From: an uncultured Candidatus Saccharibacteria bacterium
Lineage (GTDB): Bacteria; Patescibacteriota; Saccharimonadia; Saccharimonadales; CAIOMD01
NCBI GenBank assembly: GCA_963716565.1
Contig: OY970318.1
Coordinates: forward strand, 580,284-644,283
Length of the DNA stretch: 64,000 bases
Direction of reading: 5' to 3'
In this document: positions 51,634-61,679 of the stretch, in pieces
Numbering within the stretch: the first letter of the stretch is position 1
How the letters are laid out: each line of letters begins with the position of its first letter
Translations under genes and position numbers: made by a program
Notes under the pieces: generated by a model
What the model saw: the letters and a program-made list of their open reading frames with translations, nothing else
What the model was told of the DNA's origin: nothing
Database searches by the model: none

Positions 51634-52554
51634 ATGTCGAACTATACAGAGAACCAGATGACAGAAGATCAAAATCATGCCTGGAGAAAACTACTAAAAT
51701 TTATTCCAAACGATAAACAAGTTTTAGATATAGGCTGTAGTTCTGGGAGCTTGGGGGAATTGTTGGCGAAACAAAGAGGCTGCGTAGTGGATGGTGTAGA
51801 GCCAGATAAAGAAGATGCAGGCTTGGCATCAAAAAAACTGCGCAAAGTCTGGAACTCCGATATAGAAACTGCCGTAAAAGACATACACGATAAATATGAT
51901 GTGCTAATTTTCGCAGACGTATTAGAGCACTTGTTGTATCCAGGCAAAGTCCTGTGGGCAGCAAGAAGCTTATTAAAGCCGACAGGAAGAGTGGTGTTTT
52001 CTGTTCCGAACATGGCTCATATATCCGTAAGGCTAGCTTTACTAGCAGGAGATTGGCGACATACAGAAACTGGGCTACTTGATAAAACGCATTTGCACTA
52101 CTGGGACATAGACACGATTAAAGACGTGTTTAAGGAAGCTGGTATGAATTTAGTGGAATTAGATGCGGTGACGTATAAATATCCAGAAAAGTTAATACAG
52201 GACAGGCTCAATGACATTGGCTTAAGGGCCGACAAGAAGGGCCTTAATTTACTGGCAAGCAAGGAGGCCTCAGCATTTCAGATAATTGGATTTGCGGAAT
52301 TTTCTAAGTCCAGACACAGTAAAGCCATACTGCCCGAGCCTAGATTACAAAAAGATATCAGTTATCTGGCGCAATATTTAGAAGATCATATAAAGAACTT
52401 AGAAGAACACATAAAGAATCTGGAAGAATACATAAGGAATTCAGAAGAGCATACTAAGCAAATAGAGCGTCAATTAAAAGACATAAAGAGCTCTCGCTAT
52501 TATAAATTAAGGAAAAACGTGTCGTCTTTTAAGTCAAAGTTCACGAAGCGCTAG
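51634..52554 (+). CDS. class I SAM-dependent methyltransferase with C-terminal coiled coil
   Basis: VLDIGCSSGSLG motif I; C-terminal YLEDHIKNLEEHIKNLEEYIRNSEEH repeats. Confidence 0.75.
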   Translation: MSNYTENQMTEDQNHAWRKLLKFIPNDKQVLDIGCSSGSLGELLAKQRGCVVDGVEPDKEDAGLASKKLRKVWNSDIETAVKDIHDKYDVLIFADVLEHLLYPGKVLWAARSLLKPTGRVVFSVPNMAHISVRLALLAGDWRHTETGLLDKTHLHYWDIDTIKDVFKEAGMNLVELDAVTYKYPEKLIQDRLNDIGLRADKKGLNLLASKEASAFQIIGFAEFSKSRHSKAILPEPRLQKDISYLAQYLEDHIKNLEEHIKNLEEYIRNSEEHTKQIERQLKDIKSSRYYKLRKNVSSFKSKFTKR

Positions 52555-54734
52555 TGTAGCGCAAGTTCATAGGTGAAAATTGAAGTGACGGCAATCAGCG
52601 TCATTAGTACAACTGTTGTTATTCCGATATAACGTTTGTTTGAAATTATTTTGAACGGAGCTAAAGCGCCTAGGCCATAAAAAGCCATTACCATAAAAGG
52701 CGTGAAATATTTTCCATGTACACCTAAGATAACTTGTTCGCCGGGTTTATTGTCATGGTCGCCGATATATAGCAGGCCCATTACTATCGCACCCATAATG
52801 AGAGAGTACACTAAAAGCAGTAGCCCTTTCTTTTTGCTGGCACTATTAATCGACAATGCAAGAATTGTTAGCCATGTATAGATTGTCATTATTATTACAC
52901 CGTGCACATAAACACCGTTTCGCCCCATTACACCAACAGCCCTGCTTATGTAATCCGGCGACTCTTCGATGATGGTTCTTCCAAGCAATGCCGCGGTATC
53001 TATTGGGTGGGTGATTGACCACGATATCTTTTCAGTAGCAACCGACTTATCGCCTACCGCGCTCGTGAAACCTAAGCTCATAGAAACTAGTGCTAGTAGT
53101 ATTGTCGCGGTTGCAATACCGCCCATCTTTAGCCACTTATCCTTTGCGCTGTTAAAACGATCTTTCTTGACGAAGAATAGTAAACCAATAAGTAAAATAG
53201 AAGGTAGCTTGGCAAACGATAGCAACATTGAGGACGCGGCCAATAATAATACATTTCTTTTAGATATTTTTTGATTGCTGTTAATATTACGCAGGAATAA
53301 GGCAAAGAATAAAGCAACACTAGCTATGTTATATGGGTCGCCATTAATTGTGCCTGCGTATGATAAAACGGTGGGCAGCAGTAGAACGGTAAAGGTTAAC
53401 CATCTAGCCATGCTTTTACGTAAAATGTAAATTGAAAAGGCGCCAAGTATAAAAAATGGCATAGCGTTAAGTAGTCTGGCCATTATTATCGTAATATGTA
53501 CTGATAGATTTAATGCTTCGCCAATCCAGAAACCAAATGCTGCGCCAAGATATACGAGCGGAGAGTAGGCATCGGTGTTGCTGAATTTGACTGCTGTTGT
53601 AATGCTAGAATCCATCGCTTTATCAGCGAGATTAGTTAATGCTGCCAGATCCTTACTGCCAAGATCTTGTCTGCGGTAGAATTGCGTCCCCCATGAAGCA
53701 CTTTCTGCCTCATCCCAGCCGTATTTAAGTGTGTCGCGTAGGTTAGTCGGAACAGGATTGTCAACTGTGAGTAACTGTCCCTGCGATATGCTGTATGCTC
53801 TTAAGGCATGCGACATTTCATCGCCACCAAAACCAGGGGGCGTAATAATTGAAAAAGCAATGACTGTTGGAATAGCGATAGCCAAAAATGCGAGATGAGT
53901 CTTTTTAAGTAGAAAGTTTGTTGAATAGAGCAACATGTGTTGAAGTTTATTCTTACCATACATGTGAATGTATCTAGCTTGATATTTGCTGCTTTTCTTA
54001 ATGAGATCTCTAATCTTTAAGAAATTGTTTTTAGATACTGCTTTTAACTTTATAAAAGGGAATTTCTGATTTAATAGTTCTAAAGGGGCCTGAAAAATTG
54101 GGTTTACAATCGTTTTTATCGAAAAAATAGGATTTCTCATGTTCACAATGGCGTCATATTTGAATCCGGCATCACTGAGCATTCTCGTCATACCGACTTC
54201 GTAGTCTCGAATAACTTTCTTAACGTCCGTATGAACTTTTGTGCTACTCCAGAACTCTACAAAAGCTCTGCTTTTTATAACATCATTTTTAAAAGTCATG
54301 AAGTAGCTCTGTATGTGCTCGGGCACAGGTTTATTGGTGCCTGGCATACCATAAGATGTGGTCTTGTGTAGTGACGCCCCCCAAAAATCAATATTTAATT
54401 TTTTGTCAAACTTCTCAAAATATCTATCTATTGGCCAAATAGGGCAGTGACAGGTGTCATTCATCAGTGTTAACGAGTCGTATTTTTTTATCGTTGGCCA
54501 ACCAACGCTATCTATTCCTTCTTTCCAGGCCGAAAAATCAAACCCCATATTATTTCTTAGAATAACTTTATCCGACACTGTGTTTAGTAGACTTATGTCG
54601 TCGTCGGATAGGCTGCTGTTAGATACTACGATGACCTTATCAAATAGGTGTCGAATATTTTTGAGCGTATATAAGATCCTGTCATCAAGTTTATTTTTCT
54701 TGTCGTAGTGTACGAATAATAAAATACGCTTCAT
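52551..54734 (-). CDS. fusion of rhamnan-synthesis RgpF-like glycosyltransferase domain and a large polytopic membrane domain
   Basis: NNMGFDFSAWKEG, LMNDTCHCP and HIQSYFMTF match the RgpF pattern. The C-terminal ~450 aa has at least 10 TM helices. Confidence 0.65.
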   Translation of the reverse strand: MKRILLFVHYDKKNKLDDRILYTLKNIRHLFDKVIVVSNSSLSDDDISLLNTVSDKVILRNNMGFDFSAWKEGIDSVGWPTIKKYDSLTLMNDTCHCPIWPIDRYFEKFDKKLNIDFWGASLHKTTSYGMPGTNKPVPEHIQSYFMTFKNDVIKSRAFVEFWSSTKVHTDVKKVIRDYEVGMTRMLSDAGFKYDAIVNMRNPIFSIKTIVNPIFQAPLELLNQKFPFIKLKAVSKNNFLKIRDLIKKSSKYQARYIHMYGKNKLQHMLLYSTNFLLKKTHLAFLAIAIPTVIAFSIITPPGFGGDEMSHALRAYSISQGQLLTVDNPVPTNLRDTLKYGWDEAESASWGTQFYRRQDLGSKDLAALTNLADKAMDSSITTAVKFSNTDAYSPLVYLGAAFGFWIGEALNLSVHITIIMARLLNAMPFFILGAFSIYILRKSMARWLTFTVLLLPTVLSYAGTINGDPYNIASVALFFALFLRNINSNQKISKRNVLLLAASSMLLSFAKLPSILLIGLLFFVKKDRFNSAKDKWLKMGGIATATILLALVSMSLGFTSAVGDKSVATEKISWSITHPIDTAALLGRTIIEESPDYISRAVGVMGRNGVYVHGVIIMTIYTWLTILALSINSASKKKGLLLLVYSLIMGAIVMGLLYIGDHDNKPGEQVILGVHGKYFTPFMVMAFYGLGALAPFKIISNKRYIGITTVVLMTLIAVTSIFTYELALH

Positions 54735-56809
54735 GCCGAATCTCGCCTCAGGTCATCTATTATTCTGTAGCGGCTAGCATAATTGTTCCTTGCGATTTTA
54801 ATTGATTCTTGCGACATTTGAGATAATTTCTTATTTGGCGTCTTATCCTTATTTAAGACTTCTTCAAGGGCATCTACCAGCTCTCCCCAGTTAGACGTGT
54901 GAGTCAGCCATCCGTTCTTCCCCGCGATTAATTGTTCTTCCTGTCCAGATGACTCGCTGCGAATAATAGGGTGGCCAAACGCCATACCCTCAAACGTAAC
55001 CATCGACAAGGAATCCGCTAGGCTATACGTGATAGTAAAATTGGCATTCTTTAATATATCATGTATCTCCTCATGAGGCGTGTTGCTAAGAAGCTTCACT
55101 CTTTCTTTAAAATAGAGTGCTTCATTTTGTATAAATCTATTGTGAAAATCGTATCCATGATCGTCGCCAGCAACTGTTAGCGTAAAGTCGCGATATTTAT
55201 CTGGCGATCTTTGCACATGATATTTATCAACGACCTGTAGCGCATGCAAAACGTTAAGAATTCCTTTCCGAATCTCTCGCGAGCCTATAATGACAAATTT
55301 GACATCGTCAAAATCGTTCTCAGATTTCTGTTTGAACATTTCGTCATGGGGGGCAGTATGTCCGGGCATGGGAAATATATTATTGTTTGTGGCAAAATAT
55401 TTTTTCCAGTTATCGGCGGATTTAATGCTTGGAGTGTAGAAAGTTATTTTTCCATTGTCTAGCAAATGGCACAGACTTTCTTTGTATATGTTAGTGGCGC
55501 CTGTTGTACGCTCGTCATCCTCGTGTATATAAAAATAAAGGTGTTTAATTGTATCGTTCTGTAGCTGAGTTATGATCTTTTCATATAACCAATGTGGTTG
55601 AGCCGAAGAATTAATGATTACAACATCACCGTTGTTAAAATGGGCCTCGGACATACAAACTTCGTTAAAGTGGATTCCATCGGCATCAAGCTCGTTAAGT
55701 AGGGTACGGTCTACACGCGAACCAAATGGAAAGTTAAAGTATATCTCTTTTGGGTAATCATCGTCTTTGCGCCATTGTCGTATGATATCAAGTAGTACCA
55801 GGGGAGCGCCAGACTTTGTAATTTCATGCGACCATACCTGTATCTTTGGTTCGGTTGCGGATGACTTTTTCGCAAAAAAGCGATTATAAAGAATTGAGAC
55901 GACTTTTCTGCAAGCATCTTTGTATCCGTTTGCATGGCCATATTCAATAGTACTCACTAATGCCCTAAAGGCTCTATAAATGACGCCGTTGGATCTGACT
56001 ATTTTTGGCTCATGATGTTCGCTGACATATTGGGCTACTAGATTGTTGTATTCGGGGTAGCGCTTTAATAGGGTCTTGCCGTTTTTTCTTGCTAGGTCAG
56101 ACTGCCTTTTATCGCCAAAACTTTTTGAGCCGTGATGAAAAACAAAAACGTGATTTGCTATCGCGCACTTCCATCCGGCCTTTCGGGCTCGCATGGTGAA
56201 ATCATTTTCTTCACCGTATCCGCAACCATACACTTCGTCGAACAGACCAATTTTGTCTATAACATCTCTACGAATAAGCATACAAAAACCATGAACGGTC
56301 GGAGAAATATATTTGTCAGGAATTTGCCGCTTTAGTTTTAGCCATAACTTGTAAGATTTACGAGGCTTGTTTATCATTGAGCCGTCCATAGGCACAGACC
56401 AGACGGTAGCATTATTACTACGAGGACTTACTGCACATAGGTCATCTTGTGAGTATAGTATTTGAGACATCCCTTCCATAAAATCTTTAGTAATCGCTGT
56501 ATCGCTATTCAGCAGTAAAATATTCGCCTTTTTATTCTTTACAATTTTAAAAACTGCATTATTGCAGCTTTTAATAAACCCTAGGTTTTTTTCATTACGC
56601 TTGTAGTGAAAATTTTTTAACCTGCCAATAGCATTAATTATATTTTTTTCTAACATATCCGCTTGTGGGCCGCAGTCGTTCACATAATAAATTTCTACAT
56701 CGTCGTTATCTGCGTAGTATTTTTTAAGAGAAATGATGTTTTGTTTTAGCGAATTCCAATCACCATAAACAGGAATTACTATATTTACTTTTTTGTGGAT
56801 AGATTTCAT
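54731..56809 (-). CDS. two-domain glycosyltransferase (N-terminal GT2, C-terminal GT4-like)
   Basis: VIPVYGDWNSL...VNDCGP...LNSDT at the N-terminus; a GT-B-like C-terminus with RSESSGQEEQLIAGKNGWL. Confidence 0.7.
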   Translation of the reverse strand: MKSIHKKVNIVIPVYGDWNSLKQNIISLKKYYADNDDVEIYYVNDCGPQADMLEKNIINAIGRLKNFHYKRNEKNLGFIKSCNNAVFKIVKNKKANILLLNSDTAITKDFMEGMSQILYSQDDLCAVSPRSNNATVWSVPMDGSMINKPRKSYKLWLKLKRQIPDKYISPTVHGFCMLIRRDVIDKIGLFDEVYGCGYGEENDFTMRARKAGWKCAIANHVFVFHHGSKSFGDKRQSDLARKNGKTLLKRYPEYNNLVAQYVSEHHEPKIVRSNGVIYRAFRALVSTIEYGHANGYKDACRKVVSILYNRFFAKKSSATEPKIQVWSHEITKSGAPLVLLDIIRQWRKDDDYPKEIYFNFPFGSRVDRTLLNELDADGIHFNEVCMSEAHFNNGDVVIINSSAQPHWLYEKIITQLQNDTIKHLYFYIHEDDERTTGATNIYKESLCHLLDNGKITFYTPSIKSADNWKKYFATNNNIFPMPGHTAPHDEMFKQKSENDFDDVKFVIIGSREIRKGILNVLHALQVVDKYHVQRSPDKYRDFTLTVAGDDHGYDFHNRFIQNEALYFKERVKLLSNTPHEEIHDILKNANFTITYSLADSLSMVTFEGMAFGHPIIRSESSGQEEQLIAGKNGWLTHTSNWGELVDALEEVLNKDKTPNKKLSQMSQESIKIARNNYASRYRIIDDLRRDSA

Positions 56810-57073
56810 TCAGGATTATTTTATCACGGAGTCGACGGTGTAACATATTCCTAGGCCCTAGAACTAAACGCAAGCTGCGTTAAATCTAGCTGGAGGTCGT
56901 TAAATAACCCATAAGTTTTTTGCTTCTGCCCCGAATAGGCACAATTAAAAAGCGTGATAGCGAGTGTTCGGGGGCTACTGCAATGGGCGAAGAAGTTATC
57001 AAAGCAGCCGAAAGAGTTTATGCAAGCCCAGCAGTTCATTAATTTTAAGTTTATTTTCAACGATTAATACATT

Positions 57074-57814
57074 ATGCTTAAGTTTATGAATAAAACAAAT
57101 CAACGAGGTTTTCATCTTGTGATGATACCGCTTATTTTTGCAATTTTAGGTATTATTGGTTTCGCCGGTTGGTATGTGTGGGACAAAAATCAAAATCAAA
57201 CAACTGTTAGTAACCCGGATAATACAAACAATAATATAAGTAACTTAAATACACTTAAGTCCGAAAAAAGCCAAATAGTCTCTGTAATAACAGTTGATGC
57301 TATTCCAACCCCAACCCCGACTCCAACAGAATCGAATACCGAAGCGGAAGCGGTAACTAATACCGCTACGCCACAGGCTACAATTGATGAATATGGGCCT
57401 TCTACTAAGCTGGATAGGCCAAATGTCCACCCAGTGGTTCTGACGTTATACACAGTTTATTCAAATTACTTGTTTTTGCTTTGGGATGCAGATCAAGGCA
57501 GTCGGCAAAGTGTGTCAAACCAATACTTAGCTGATAATAGGCAGTATTTCAGTGATGCTTATTATAGCGGGAACATTAATAACACTAATAACTTGTCATT
57601 ATTGCTTCAAACCGCATATGTGGAATTGCCACGTAGCCTCAACATTGGATCGGCTATCGTGGATCCCGAAAACCCAAACATAGTCACGGCACAGATTCTA
57701 ATGGAACCAGACGTACCTTGGAGCATTCTTGTAGATGTTAAGATCGCTGACAGCTTAGGTAACTTCGGTACGATAGAAAAAGTCTATATTAGGCAAAATA
57801 GAAACCCTCTTTAG
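57074..57814 (+). CDS. anchored protein with conserved GFH...GFAGWYVWDKN N-terminal helix and TPTP linker
   Basis: NQRGFHLVMIPLIFAILGIIGFAGWYVWDKN, an AIPTPTPTPTES linker and a ~150-aa C-terminal domain. Confidence 0.6.
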   Translation: MLKFMNKTNQRGFHLVMIPLIFAILGIIGFAGWYVWDKNQNQTTVSNPDNTNNNISNLNTLKSEKSQIVSVITVDAIPTPTPTPTESNTEAEAVTNTATPQATIDEYGPSTKLDRPNVHPVVLTLYTVYSNYLFLLWDADQGSRQSVSNQYLADNRQYFSDAYYSGNINNTNNLSLLLQTAYVELPRSLNIGSAIVDPENPNIVTAQILMEPDVPWSILVDVKIADSLGNFGTIEKVYIRQNRNPL

Positions 57815-58077
57815 GCCAAGTTTGGTCGAAGACGAATGAGCGGGACAGTAATGTCATTTATAAGCGTCCAGGTAAACAAAGATGCGACGCTAACAATTCT
57901 ATTAATAGGAATCTTTTAAACCGGCACAAATCGCTGGAAGCATGCTATTGACCTGCAAGCCATCTTGACCGCCGGTTAGGCTTAAGGCGGATTACGTTTG
58001 ACATTGGAACTGTTTGTTACGCGAGACGGAAAGAAGATACGTCAACGGCCGGAAAGCGCATACTTTGAGTTGTAAAT

Positions 58078-59823
58078 CTAAACTGCAATTCTATTTTCTG
58101 CCAAGCCGTAGTTAACATAGTGCAAATAGTACAGCCATAGGTCTTGTCCAAAAGCAGCCTGTAGATCAATGTAATTTGCCCTATATGAGCTTACATTAAA
58201 ATCTGCATTACCTTGGCGACCCTCGCTCATGCCATAGTTTATAAAATGGCTGAGAGCACCGGTATCATCTAGTCCAAAAGCAGTCTTTATGTCTGGGTTG
58301 TTCTTCTCGTAATAGTCAAAACTGTAGACAGCGGAATAGTCGACTCCGTTGTACATACTTGTTCCGCCTAGGTAGTCACCAGTAGCGATACGTCCTTCGG
58401 ACTTACCATACAGAATATAGTGCACGGCATATGCTCGGGCATTATCACCATACACTCGACGTAAATCATAGTATCTATTTTTATATGAGCTTACATTAAA
58501 ATCTGCATTACCTTGGCGACCCTCGCTCATGCCATAGTTTATAAAATGGCTGAGAGCACCGGTATCATCTAGTCCAAAAGCAGTCTTTATGTCTGGGTTG
58601 TTCTTCTCGTAATAGTCAAAACTGTAGACAGCGGAATAGTCGACTCCGTTGTACATACTTGTTCCGCCTAGGTAGTCACCAGTAGCGATACGTCCTTCGG
58701 ACTTACCATACAGAATATAGTGCACGGCATATGCTCGGGCATTATCACCATACACTCGACGTAAATCATAGTATCTATTTTTATATGAGCTTACATTAAA
58801 ATCTGCATTACCTTGGCGACCCTCGCTCATGCCATAGTTTATAAAATGGCTGAAGGCTAGTATTTGATCTTCACCAAAAGCAGCTTCTATGTCGGGATTG
58901 TTATCTAAATAATATTGTGGATCAAAGACAATAGAGTAGTCTATCCCACTACATGTAAATGCAAGAGTGTTACCGAACCAGTCATTAAAATAGCGCCAAA
59001 AATTACGGTTGCCATAAGCGCTGCAGCCATCACCCGTACCATACAAATTAGCCAATGCCGCATCGTTTGGTGTATATGGAGTATATTTATAAAGCACCGC
59101 AGTAGCTTTATTTTCTATATATACCGACTTCGTGGCGCAGACTGCGTTTGGACTATAATATATATTTACTAAACCAACTCCAAAAGGGCCCCAGGCGCCT
59201 GGTACGGTTATGCCGTTCATGTCATTGCGAAATTGCCATGCAGCATCGTTAACTTGTTGGTAAAAACTAGAAGAACACGTTGCGATTCCGCCACTATCGT
59301 CACAGGCGTAGCCGGTCGCTTTTTCATACTGTGGCAATATCGGCCAGTCGTCAGTAACAAGCCCTTGCTCTTTTTGCAATAAGACAATTAATGCCTGGGG
59401 GTTTATGTTGTACTCTTGGCCTGCGTCCCATATTATTTGAGCCGCGCTTATGCCTCCCACTATAGAAGCTGGCGTTCCGTCTGGATTATATTGTCCGTAG
59501 TTGTTCGTTTTAGCTGTTGGGTTCTCTTGATAGTCTTTTAAACAAGTGTATGGCGGATAATAAGTGTTGCCGCTACTTGGGCTAGTATATATAGGATGAT
59601 CGATCCAGCAGGTGGGCATTTTTGAATTAAGAAATGCTTGAATTTGCTGCACGGTCATAGAATTTTTATTGGTAAATATTGCATCATCAATTATTCGACC
59701 AGCTTGGAAATCACCGCCCGATAAGGCGGAAGCCTTGCTGTCTAAATAAGAGCCAATTAGTAAAGTAAAGCCGAGGCTTAAGGCCACAAGAATTATTGAT
59801 AATTTGTGGATTTTTTTTGTCAT
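58078..59823 (-). CDS. secreted protein: N-terminal lysozyme/glucosaminidase-like region (weak call) plus C-terminal array of ~50-aa Y..DL..FG..HY..YG..EGR repeats
   Basis: Signal peptide; ISAAQIIWDAGQEYNINPQALIVLLQKEQGLV resembles muramidase/glucosaminidase helices. The C-terminal half is repetitive and contains the perfect 300-bp DNA repeat. Confidence 0.6.
   Translation of the reverse strand: MTKKIHKLSIILVALSLGFTLLIGSYLDSKASALSGGDFQAGRIIDDAIFTNKNSMTVQQIQAFLNSKMPTCWIDHPIYTSPSSGNTYYPPYTCLKDYQENPTAKTNNYGQYNPDGTPASIVGGISAAQIIWDAGQEYNINPQALIVLLQKEQGLVTDDWPILPQYEKATGYACDDSGGIATCSSSFYQQVNDAAWQFRNDMNGITVPGAWGPFGVGLVNIYYSPNAVCATKSVYIENKATAVLYKYTPYTPNDAALANLYGTGDGCSAYGNRNFWRYFNDWFGNTLAFTCSGIDYSIVFDPQYYLDNNPDIEAAFGEDQILAFSHFINYGMSEGRQGNADFNVSSYKNRYYDLRRVYGDNARAYAVHYILYGKSEGRIATGDYLGGTSMYNGVDYSAVYSFDYYEKNNPDIKTAFGLDDTGALSHFINYGMSEGRQGNADFNVSSYKNRYYDLRRVYGDNARAYAVHYILYGKSEGRIATGDYLGGTSMYNGVDYSAVYSFDYYEKNNPDIKTAFGLDDTGALSHFINYGMSEGRQGNADFNVSSYRANYIDLQAAFGQDLWLYYLHYVNYGLAENRIAV
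58182..58853. repeat. perfect 300-bp tandem repeat, 2.24 copies, in frame inside a CDS
   Basis: 58182-58481 is identical to 58482-58781 by line-by-line comparison. 58782-58853 repeats the first 72 bp before diverging. Confidence 0.9.
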
Positions 59824-60398
59824 TATTTAATTACGCCGTTTATTACTTGTGTGGCACCAACAGATTCAGATCCACTAGTTAATGTCACATCAGCTGTTAG
59901 ATCTCCAGGCGCAGGTATATTAGCAATATCAATAACGAAACCGTCACAGGCGTATAGGTTGTTTTGTCTTATAAGTGCAACTTGGGTTGTGTAAACCTCT
60001 AAGCCATTCTGAATAAGCTGCAAATTGCACGTGCCGCTAGTGGCACCTTGAGCCATAGTGCCAACATAGATAGATCTATCTGTCGGATTTTGCCCGGCAC
60101 CAGTAATGATTAGGTATATTGAGCTACTGGCAGTTGGAGTGGGGGTGACTTCACCAGACGTTTTAATGCTATCTATAGTAGGATCGTCTGTTTCATTTGA
60201 AGTAGGTGGTGAATAATTTACAGTGTTCGGTGGTGCGGGCTGAGAATCGACTTGGCTAGGTGATCTATGTATAAGATCGATAACGTGAGTTTTTTCAAGA
60301 ACTAATAGAGCAACGGCCGCAACGAAGATAACTGCAATTGCCAGAATTAGCCACTGTTTTTTAGATAACTTGCGCTTCTTCTGCACTTTAAATTTCAT
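59823..60398 (-). CDS. membrane-anchored hypothetical protein
   Basis: Basic N-terminus, TM helix WLILAIAVIFVAAVALLVL, a TPTPTASS linker and a beta-rich domain. TAATG overlap with the downstream gene. Confidence 0.6.
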   Translation of the reverse strand: MKFKVQKKRKLSKKQWLILAIAVIFVAAVALLVLEKTHVIDLIHRSPSQVDSQPAPPNTVNYSPPTSNETDDPTIDSIKTSGEVTPTPTASSSIYLIITGAGQNPTDRSIYVGTMAQGATSGTCNLQLIQNGLEVYTTQVALIRQNNLYACDGFVIDIANIPAPGDLTADVTLTSGSESVGATQVINGVIK

Positions 60399-60533
60399 AT
60401 TTATATTTTAGCTTAATCAGGTTAATGTTAACACTTTTTAATCTGTTTTGTCAACGTGTCGCGCTTGCTATAATTGTATCAACTGTGTAATGTCAATTCC
60501 TGTAGTATATTAATGCTGTTACATGGAAAAACA

Positions 60534-61679
60534 ATGAAGAAAAAAATAGCTATTTTCAATGGATACTTCTTTCCGCATATGGGAGGCATTGAACGTTATA
60601 CGGATAAACTAGCGGTCGCTTTAAAAAAGATAGGCTACGAGGTCATCATAGTAACTTCAAATCACAATGCTTTAAAAAACTACGAGAAAACTAATTGGTA
60701 CACTATTTACAGATTGCCGATACTAAGCATTGCTAAGGAAAGATATCCAATCCCTAAAATCAATTCAGAATATAGGCATTTATTAAAAAAGATTGAAAAA
60801 GAAAAGATAGATTATTTTATTGTAAACACTAGGTTCCATTTAACGAGTTTAATTGGTGCTAAATTGGGTAGGCGTAGTAATAAACCTGTCGTACTGATTG
60901 AACACGGAACGGACCACTTCACGGTAAATAGCAAGTTCCTTGATTTTTTCGGGCATATATATGAACATTTACTCACCTCTATTATTAAGAAGTATGTTGA
61001 TGGTTATTATGGCGTTTCAAAGAGGTGCAATGATTGGAGTAAGCATTTTTCCATAGATGCGAGTGGAGTTTTTTATAACTCCATAAATAAAAGCGACGAA
61101 TTAAATGTTGGTAATAAATACCAAAAAAAATATCCAAAGAACGAAATAATTATTACCTATGCCGGGAGACTCATCAAAGAGAAAGGTATTCTAAACTTGC
61201 TAGAGGCTTTCAAGCAGCTACTAGAAGATAATCCTAAAAAGAAGCTTAAGTTGGTAATCGCTGGTGACGGGCCACTACTTGCTGATATTAGAACAAAATA
61301 TGCGCATAAAAACATTGATATTCTGGGCAGGATTGACTTCAATGATGTGATGGCGCTCTATAAGCGAACGGATATATTTGTCTACCCTTCATTATTCCCC
61401 GAGGGCCTGCCAACTTCAATACTAGAGGCTGGGCTGATGAAATGTGCAGTTATTGCTACGCCGCGGGGCGGCACTGAGGAGGTAATTATTAATAATCAAC
61501 ACGGCATGATTGTTAATGGTAGCGTGGCTAGCCTGAAAAGATCGATGACACTTTTGATAAATGATGATAATCTTAAGCAACAATTGGCAGATAATATATA
61601 TGGTCGAGTAATAAAACATTTTGACTGGGACGATGTAGCTGCTCAACTTGATAAAGAGATTGGACCAAAGGAGAGTTAA
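60534..61679 (+). CDS. glycosyltransferase family 4
   Basis: MKKKIAIFNGYFFPHMGGIE N-terminus and YPSLFPEGLPTSILEAG motif. ATG 60534 is preferred over the upstream ORF-track start. Confidence 0.85.
   Translation: MKKKIAIFNGYFFPHMGGIERYTDKLAVALKKIGYEVIIVTSNHNALKNYEKTNWYTIYRLPILSIAKERYPIPKINSEYRHLLKKIEKEKIDYFIVNTRFHLTSLIGAKLGRRSNKPVVLIEHGTDHFTVNSKFLDFFGHIYEHLLTSIIKKYVDGYYGVSKRCNDWSKHFSIDASGVFYNSINKSDELNVGNKYQKKYPKNEIIITYAGRLIKEKGILNLLEAFKQLLEDNPKKKLKLVIAGDGPLLADIRTKYAHKNIDILGRIDFNDVMALYKRTDIFVYPSLFPEGLPTSILEAGLMKCAVIATPRGGTEEVIINNQHGMIVNGSVASLKRSMTLLINDDNLKQQLADNIYGRVIKHFDWDDVAAQLDKEIGPKES

Noticed and set aside
52375-52450. 21-nt periodic DNA repeat
   Set aside because: It is explained by the in-frame HIKNLEE heptad coiled coil of the methyltransferase tail, not by an independent DNA element.
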